This document shows, piece after piece, positions 58,104 through 64,000 of a stretch of DNA of 64,000 bases. Origin of the DNA: Ferruginibacter sp. (lineage in GTDB: Bacteria > Bacteroidota > Bacteroidia > Chitinophagales > Chitinophagaceae); contig JAOAUI010000361.1 in NCBI GenBank assembly GCA_030157685.1, positions 13,802 through 77,801 on the forward strand, given 5' to 3'. The translations under genes were made by a program, and so were the position numbers. The notes under the pieces are model-generated. The model worked only from the letters and a program-made list of their open reading frames with translations. It did not search any database and was not told the origin of the DNA. Every line of letters starts with the position of its first letter. Position 1 is the stretch's first letter.

Positions 58104-58193
58104 TTTACCACAAAGCACACCAGGGAAAGGCACACAAAGAACACGAAGTATTTTGTGTGCTTTGTGAAAAAGCTTTGTGCACTTTGTGGTTAA
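58104..58193. repeat. Imperfect ~90-bp palindrome built from CACAAAG-like units
   Basis: Left arm TTTACCACAAAGCACAC...CACAAAGAACACGAAG; right arm TTTTGTGTGCTTTGTG...CTTTGTGCACTTTGTGGTTAA. Confidence 0.8.
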
Positions 58194-58336
58194 GAAAACG
58201 GCATTTCATCCTTCAAATACACAATTCGTTTAACAAGTTACCCTTCAATTTTTTACATAATTCCTACATACAGTTCCCTGCCACAGTGTTTTTTTAATAA
58301 TGGACCGCTTTTTGAACTTACTTAATAAATCAAAAG

Positions 58337-58930
58337 GTGAACATTATGAAAACAGTTAAAAATATATGTGCTGCTTTAATGGTGGCATTTACCATTGCAT
58401 CGTGTGCAACACCGGTACATGTAGAAAAAGACGACTCGGTAAATCTCAGCAGTTACAAAACCTATATGTGGGTAGACACAAGGTATAATCAAAACGATAA
58501 TACAACAAGGCCTTCATCTTATGGAGACATTAGTGTAAGAAACGCAGCCAATGCAGAACTAAGAAATGCCGGGTGGACAGAAACATCAAACGATCCGGAT
58601 CTTCTCATCAGCTATGATGTGCTTGTACAGAATACTACAGCACGCAAATCGGATCCTGTATATACACAATCTTATTCCCGTGCTTATTACAATCCCAGGC
58701 AAAGAAGATGGAGTACCATTTATTATCCTTCGCAATTTTTAGGATATAATAATTACGAGGTGCCGGTTAAAGAAGGTACTATAACCATTACTATAACAGA
58801 TGCAAATACCGATAAGGCTGTGTGGCAGGGCTGGACAACGGAGGAATTAAATTATTCCCGTATTACACCGGAGGAGATAAGCGCAAGCGTGCATAATATA
58901 TTCAGTAAGCTTAATGTTGGTGCTAAGTAA
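58337..58930 (+). CDS. DUF4136 lipoprotein
   Basis: Lipobox IASC; YKTYMW, PDLLISY, EGTITITITD...VWQG. Confidence 0.82.
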   Translation: MNIMKTVKNICAALMVAFTIASCATPVHVEKDDSVNLSSYKTYMWVDTRYNQNDNTTRPSSYGDISVRNAANAELRNAGWTETSNDPDLLISYDVLVQNTTARKSDPVYTQSYSRAYYNPRQRRWSTIYYPSQFLGYNNYEVPVKEGTITITITDANTDKAVWQGWTTEELNYSRITPEEISASVHNIFSKLNVGAK

Positions 58931-58931
58931 A

Positions 58932-59028
58932 AGGTGTCTGGCCACTAAGAACAGCTTTTAAACTTTCAATGTATTTACTAATCAGCCATCTTTTAATTTG
59001 CCGGCGTATTAGTATTGGCCTGACACCT
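58932..59028. repeat. ~97-bp element with terminal inverted repeats (MITE/REP-like)
   Basis: AGGTGTCTGGCCA-CTAA ... TTAG-TAT-TGGCCTGACACCT (12/13 match); fills the gap between two convergent stop codons. Confidence 0.55.
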
Positions 59029-59476
59029 AAGCGCCAAACTGCATCAGGTGATGATCAAGGTGTTTGTACATACTTTTGCCCCATTGCTCCGGTGTAAATG
59101 TGCCAAACATGGGATGCGGATATTTACCAACATTACCCGGCCCGGCATGGTGAAACTGATTGATCATGCCAACAAGCTCCTGCTTTTCTTTTTCAAAATC
59201 ACGTTCATCTTTAATAATGAAGTTGGGCGCTGTGGGCAGGTTGCGTTTCCAGGGATCGTCGTTGTGTAATTTATTTTTTATCATCCAGCCAATTATTAAA
59301 CCCATAAAACTGCGGGGCATTTTTTTATCGCTCAGCGGCACTTTAAATGCTTCTTTGCAATGTGCCAGCATTTGTGCTACAGTCATTTTGCCCCACTGGC
59401 GCTGCATTTCGGGTGTAAGTGTATTGAGGCGGTTGATGATCTCTGTGTAAGTGTCTTTATCGAATAAATTTTTCAT
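59027..59476 (-). CDS. DUF1569 (DinB-like) protein
   Basis: WGKMTVAQMLAHC, HPMFG, KHLDHHLMQFG. Confidence 0.85.
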   Translation of the reverse strand: MKNLFDKDTYTEIINRLNTLTPEMQRQWGKMTVAQMLAHCKEAFKVPLSDKKMPRSFMGLIIGWMIKNKLHNDDPWKRNLPTAPNFIIKDERDFEKEKQELVGMINQFHHAGPGNVGKYPHPMFGTFTPEQWGKSMYKHLDHHLMQFGA

Positions 59477-59482
59477 GAAACG

Positions 59483-59905
59483 TTATTTATATTTTGCTTT
59501 ATAATATTTAACAGAAGCGGCTACCATCTTTTTCAGAATATCAACCTTAATGTCTTCTATCTTTTTTATGTACACACAGGCTTTGGCGCTTTTGTGTTTG
59601 CCTAATTGTTTTAGCAGTTCTTCCCGCTTTTCAAAGGCAGAAGACAGGTATAAGGCAAACTCGTTTTTGCGTGGAGAGAAACCCACCAACGGCGCATCGC
59701 CCTCGTGGCCGCTATCATATACATAATGGTAACTGCCAAAACCAATAATGGCCGGCCCCCACATTTTTGCAGGAAAGCCCGATTGCTTTTCCATAATATC
59801 AACAATAGCCAAAGCATCTTTTTGCCTTTCAGCTTCGGGTATCTTTTTAATAAAATCTTTTACACTGACTGTGGTTTCGGTTGTTTTTGCCTGGTACTTT
59901 GCCAT
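59483..59905 (-). CDS. DUF1801 (YdhG-like) protein
   Basis: MWGPAIIGFGSYHY, GFSPRK, LGKHK..KACVYIK. Confidence 0.85.
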   Translation of the reverse strand: MAKYQAKTTETTVSVKDFIKKIPEAERQKDALAIVDIMEKQSGFPAKMWGPAIIGFGSYHYVYDSGHEGDAPLVGFSPRKNEFALYLSSAFEKREELLKQLGKHKSAKACVYIKKIEDIKVDILKKMVAASVKYYKAKYK

Positions 59906-59991
59906 AATTTTGATTTTTGAAAGAAGGAACTAAAGAAACAAATTTTTTCTGTGATATCAAATACCAAAATATATTGAAGTGCTGAGCCGGT

Positions 59992-60573
59992 TTATTCTAT
60001 AGCAAGATCATATTTATCCAAAAGGCCAATAACAGCGGGTAAGGAAAATTTTGCTTTTCGGATTCGGTTTATCTCCGGATCAATGGAATAGTTGTAGGAA
60101 GTTCTGAGATCTGCTTTTTCTAAAACAGTATTGTTGAAAGACGCCCTGCTAAAGTCGCAATTATTAAACACGGCTTCGGTAAGATCGGTTTCTGCAAAAT
60201 CAACTTCGTGCAGACTGCAATCTTTAAAATTTGTTTTCTTAAGTTTTCGTTTGTAAAAGGAAGATAAGTTGAGATGGCAGTTATCAAAATGTACGCTGAA
60301 CAAAAATTCATGACAATCGTCAAAATGCAAGCCCAGTAATTTGCAGTCTGTAAATGTACAGTCTTTAAAAGCCGTTCGGCCAAGTTTGGCAAGGCTTAGG
60401 TTACAGCCAGTGAATGTACAATCTGAAAAATTTATTTTAGAAAGATCCAGGTTTGAGAAATGGCAGTTTATAAAGCTGCAGTTTTCATAATCTGCTTTTG
60501 TAAAAACTTCGGTTGTAAAGTCAACCTGGCTGAAAAGCCTATCTTCAATATATGTTTTTTCCATGGTAATCAT
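59992..60573 (-). CDS. Pentapeptide repeat protein (Qnr/MfpA/McbG-like fold)
   Basis: Tandem CxFxx/ADLxx pentapeptides; IDPEINRIRKAKFS. Confidence 0.88.
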   Translation of the reverse strand: MITMEKTYIEDRLFSQVDFTTEVFTKADYENCSFINCHFSNLDLSKINFSDCTFTGCNLSLAKLGRTAFKDCTFTDCKLLGLHFDDCHEFLFSVHFDNCHLNLSSFYKRKLKKTNFKDCSLHEVDFAETDLTEAVFNNCDFSRASFNNTVLEKADLRTSYNYSIDPEINRIRKAKFSLPAVIGLLDKYDLAIE

Positions 60574-61647
60574 TTACAACAACTCATACAAGGCCCTCAG
60601 CCTTTCTCTCGTCATCTGCTTTTCCCAGTCTTTTCCCAGGGCATTTTCCCAAAGGGGTTTCATACCCAGCGACACATCAATCATCTTATTAAAATCTTCA
60701 TCGCTTAAACCGGCGCAAATATTTTTCGGTATATCAATGTTGTTCTTCTCCACCATGTATTTAAATTCCTTCACGCCTTCGGGATAAAACTCGTGCAGGT
60801 GATCGAACACAATGCAATTACCAATACCGTGTTTGGTGCCAAGCAAATAACTAAGGCCATAACTTACTGCATGTGCCACACCAACCTGGCTGTAGGCAAT
60901 GCTCATACCACCGGCATAAGATGCCATCATCAGTTTATCATCGCTGCCTGCATCCCAACCATCTTTATTTACATATACATCCCGGCAAAGCTGCAAGGCC
61001 TTTTCGCCATAACTTTTGCTGAACTCATTTAAAAAAGTTCCGTTCAAACTTTCAATGCAATGTATATAGCAATCCATGCCGGTATAAAAACGCTGGTTGG
61101 CTGGTGCGTTGGCTGTTAATTCCGGATCTAAAACTATCTGATCAAAAGGAGTAAAATCTGAATTCATACCCAGCTTTTTAGTGGGGCCGGTTAGTACGGT
61201 GGTGCGGCTTACTTCGGCACCGGTGCCGCTAAGTGTTGGAATGCCCACTTTGTAAACGCCGGCATTTTTCACCAGGTCCCAGCCCTGGTAATCGGCACTG
61301 CTGCCGGGGTTGTTCATCATTAAAGAAACGGCTTTGGCTAAATCCAAAGCACTACCGCCGCCAATGCCTATAATACCGCTAACAGTACCAAATTCTTCTT
61401 TAAGCTGATTGGCCAGGCTATCTACATAAGTTGTTTTGGGTTCGTAGGTTACATCCACAAAAATAATTTTATCATTGCCACGAACGGGAACACGGTTGGC
61501 GAGTTCTTTTCCTTCAAAGAAATGATCAACCAAAAAAACCATGGGAGTATTTGCTTTTCTATGCGGAGCGATGATCTCATCTACCTGGTTAAAAGAACCA
61601 CGGCCATAAATTACATAGCCAACCATTTTAAAATTTCTGAATGCCAT
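60574..61647 (-). CDS. kdnB: Fe-containing alcohol dehydrogenase family, KdnB-like (Kdo 8-oxidase)
   Basis: MAFRNFK..GRGSF, YQGWDL, PTLSGTGAE, YTGMDCYIHCIESL, GGMSIAYSQVG, HGIGNC; resembles Shewanella KdnB as recalled. Start moved to ATG 61647. Confidence 0.8.
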   Translation of the reverse strand: MAFRNFKMVGYVIYGRGSFNQVDEIIAPHRKANTPMVFLVDHFFEGKELANRVPVRGNDKIIFVDVTYEPKTTYVDSLANQLKEEFGTVSGIIGIGGGSALDLAKAVSLMMNNPGSSADYQGWDLVKNAGVYKVGIPTLSGTGAEVSRTTVLTGPTKKLGMNSDFTPFDQIVLDPELTANAPANQRFYTGMDCYIHCIESLNGTFLNEFSKSYGEKALQLCRDVYVNKDGWDAGSDDKLMMASYAGGMSIAYSQVGVAHAVSYGLSYLLGTKHGIGNCIVFDHLHEFYPEGVKEFKYMVEKNNIDIPKNICAGLSDEDFNKMIDVSLGMKPLWENALGKDWEKQMTRERLRALYELL

Positions 61648-61687
61648 AGATTGATTTTTATACTGCTGCGAAATTACAGGAATTTTG

Positions 61688-61798
61688 TTTTGCCTGCGGC
61701 AAAAAGGATTTACCACAAAGACACAAAGGTTTTGCTTTCGGCAAAAGGGGTTAGCCACAGAAGCACAGAAACACAGAAAAGAATTTGCGGTTGGCAAA
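61688..61798. repeat. Composite repeat: three TTTGC..GCAAA mini-hairpins separated by CACARAR runs
   Basis: TTTTGCCTGCGGCAAAA 61688, TTTTGCTTTCGGCAAAA 61730, TTTGCGGTTGGCAAA 61784; spacers ACCACAAAGACACAAAG and CCACAGAAGCACAGAAACACAGAA. Confidence 0.7.
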
Positions 61799-61816
61799 AA
61801 TTAAGTTCCAATCGTA

Positions 61817-63352
61817 TTGAAAAATCAGGAAAAAAATTCATCTTGTTATAAATTAATTAATATGCCTAAAAAGGAAGAAAGAATCACCCTTGCAAACATA
61901 GATAATAAAACGGCGCTTGCGTTAAGCTATCAGGCTTTTAAAGATCTGGGCTGGTCTGTTTTATTTGCGGGAGAAGAAATTTTACAGGCGCAAACCTCTA
62001 ATAGCTGGAATACCAACCCTCAGCATGTTATAGTAACATTATCGGGTAATGAATTGGTTGTAAGCAGCGAAATGATTAAAAATGAACTGGCAGATATTAC
62101 CGGGAAGAATAAAAAAAACATCAATGCATTTATAGAAGCTTTTGAATTGGCAAAAAACAACATAGAGCTCGGTGCAATAGAAGCCAATAAGCAAGCAATA
62201 AATGAACTGCAGTCTGCAACCAAAATTGTTATGGAACAGGATATTAAAGAAGCAGAAGAGATTGATAAGGCCATGAATTTATCGGGCAGCAACCTGTATA
62301 TTACTTATGCCATCATGGCTATTAACATGATTGTATTTATATTGATGGCTGTAAATGGTGCAGGCATTTTTGAACCGAACGGCTATGTACATATTAAATG
62401 GGGAAGCAATTATACACCACTTACCTTAACCGGCGATTGGTGGCGGCTTGTTACAAATGTGTTTATACATTTTGGAATTATACACATAGCAATGAATATG
62501 TATTGCCTGTATATGGTGGGTGTTTACCTGGAGCCAATGTTGGGTAAGGCAAGATATATTGCAGCATACCTGTGTACCGGTGTGCTGGCAAGCATTGTAA
62601 GTCTTTGGTGGCATAAAGACGGGGTGAATAGTGCCGGTGCATCGGGTGCAATATTTGGGTTGTACGGTTTGTTTTTAGCATTGCTTACAACAAAACTGAT
62701 ACCCGAAAAAGTAAGGAAAGCACAGCTGCAAAGCATAGGAATATTTGTGGTGTACAACTTAGTTTACGGAATGAAGGGTGGCGTAGATAATGCTGCACAT
62801 ATTGGCGGATTGATAAGTGGCTTTATTGCAGGTTACCTGTATGCTATCAGTATTAAAAAAGAAAGACAGGAACAAAAAGCAGCCTGGGTTTTACCATTAA
62901 TAGTAATTGCTACTATTGGTACAGCTGTGGGATATTTGAGTAATAATAAAAAATCTGACTCGGAGAGAAACGCTGGTTTAAGTGAAGTAAGATCGGCAAG
63001 CTATAAAGACGTCGAAAAGTTTGGTGAAGATTATAATGAAATAATCAGGTTGCAGAATGAGGCCTTAGAACCACTTAAGAAGAACCTCAGCGACGAACTT
63101 TTAGAAAAAAACCTTTCGGTGAATTCGATGCCTTTATGGAATCAGGCAGAAGCGATAGGCAAAAGAATGCAAAGAATGGATGTAAGCCCCGAGATGCACC
63201 AGAAAATCGATCTGCTCATGGAATATATTGCACTTCGAAAAAAGGAAATAGAAATTATAACAGATATTGTTGTCAACAAATCAGCCATTGGAGATCAGCA
63301 ATTGAAAATTACCAGAAACAAAATGGATGAAGTTTTGGAAAAACTTAAATAG
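61817..63352 (+). CDS. Rhomboid intramembrane serine protease with soluble N- and C-terminal extensions (start possibly ATG 61862)
   Basis: WWRLVT, HFGIIHIAMN, GASGAIFG (Ser), AHIGG (His). Confidence 0.92.
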   Translation: MKNQEKNSSCYKLINMPKKEERITLANIDNKTALALSYQAFKDLGWSVLFAGEEILQAQTSNSWNTNPQHVIVTLSGNELVVSSEMIKNELADITGKNKKNINAFIEAFELAKNNIELGAIEANKQAINELQSATKIVMEQDIKEAEEIDKAMNLSGSNLYITYAIMAINMIVFILMAVNGAGIFEPNGYVHIKWGSNYTPLTLTGDWWRLVTNVFIHFGIIHIAMNMYCLYMVGVYLEPMLGKARYIAAYLCTGVLASIVSLWWHKDGVNSAGASGAIFGLYGLFLALLTTKLIPEKVRKAQLQSIGIFVVYNLVYGMKGGVDNAAHIGGLISGFIAGYLYAISIKKERQEQKAAWVLPLIVIATIGTAVGYLSNNKKSDSERNAGLSEVRSASYKDVEKFGEDYNEIIRLQNEALEPLKKNLSDELLEKNLSVNSMPLWNQAEAIGKRMQRMDVSPEMHQKIDLLMEYIALRKKEIEIITDIVVNKSAIGDQQLKITRNKMDEVLEKLK

Positions 63353-64000
63353 TTAGAGCAACCTTGCTGCCCTTACCAAATCTTCCGGGGTATCAATCTC
63401 TATACCCATGTATTCGGTAACGATCATTTTTAGGGAGATGCCATTTTCTAAATAGCGCAGGCATTCAATTTTTTCTGCTGCTTCAAGCGGCGTAATTGGC
63501 CAGGCAGTAAAATTTAATAAGGCCTGCTTGCGGAAAGCATATACACCAATATGTTCGTAATAAACCGGCGTAATATTTTTGTCTCGATGGTAAGGTATGG
63601 GGCTGCGGCTGAATATAAGCGCATTCATGTTTTTATCTACAGCTACTTTTACGTAATTGGGATCGGCAATAAAATTTTCTTCGTGCAAAACCTGCATTAA
63701 TGAAGCAACCTGTACGCTTTCATCTTCAAAAACCTCTAATAATTTTTCGAGCGGTTCTTTTTGTACAAAGGGTTCATCGCCCTGCACATTTACCACAATA
63801 TCTACATCCATTGTGGCAATGGCTTCTGCAATACGGTCGCTGCCGCTTTCGTGTTCTTTAATGCTCATTACGGCTTTGCCGCCGTTGTTTATAATTTCGT
63901 TGAAGATGATCTCACTGTCGGTAACTACCATTACCTGGTCAAATAAATTGGTGGCAACGGTATTGTTGTAGGTATGAAGGATAACAGTTTTATCGCCCAG
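63353..64000 (-). CDS. kdsB: CMP-Kdo synthetase (partial, 5' end beyond the window)
   Basis: [39 protein letters not shown]; frame open to 64000 ([11 protein letters not shown]...). Confidence 0.93.
   Translation of the reverse strand: MGDKTVILHTYNNTVATNLFDQVMVVTDSEIIFNEIINNGGKAVMSIKEHESGSDRIAEAIATMDVDIVVNVQGDEPFVQKEPLEKLLEVFEDESVQVASLMQVLHEENFIADPNYVKVAVDKNMNALIFSRSPIPYHRDKNITPVYYEHIGVYAFRKQALLNFTAWPITPLEAAEKIECLRYLENGISLKMIVTEYMGIEIDTPEDLVRAARLL

Noticed and set aside
59992-60573. Acquired qnr quinolone-resistance gene
   Set aside because: A pentapeptide fold alone is insufficient, and the context is chromosomal with no mobile element
61688-61798. Mini-CRISPR, and the N-terminal extension of ORF 60574..61797
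   Set aside because: The repeats are only 15-17 bp and the spacers are repetitive. The extension (NPFCRKQN/NPFCRRQN) is just the translated repeat; homology starts at MAFRNFK.

Overview
Chromosomal window from a Bacteroidota bacterium, most likely Chitinophagaceae. This is inferred from TAnnTTTG -7 promoters, T9SS cargo proteins and signal peptides followed by Gln. Most of it is housekeeping (suhB, thiL, DEAD-box helicase, corA, ppiD-like, nadA, nadD, ybeY, mnmG, ssb, tRNA-Phe, recQ, kdsD, manC, kdnB, kdsB). It appears to contain the replication origin: DnaA-box-like 9-mers and a box-box-GCCC-trio-AT unwinding module directly upstream of nadA, plus two parS sites upstream of mnmG. The best candidates for uncharacterised systems are: (1) a SET methyltransferase / ATP-grasp ligase / ATP-grasp-SET fusion / orphan ABC membrane domain operon (47.1-51.2 kb); (2) three signal-peptide-bearing proteases (metacaspase-like C14, giant TPR-CHAT, astacin-like M12) with intact catalytic motifs (32.1-40.3 kb); (3) a Cro/XRE-like HTH gene preceded by nine phased 21-bp palindromic units (46.3-46.5 kb); (4) a four-helix-bundle gene bracketed by inverted heptamer arrays, plus several other small repeat elements. 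No CRISPR array, rRNA, transposase, integrase or reverse transcriptase was seen. All family calls come from motif recognition by eye, not from database searches.
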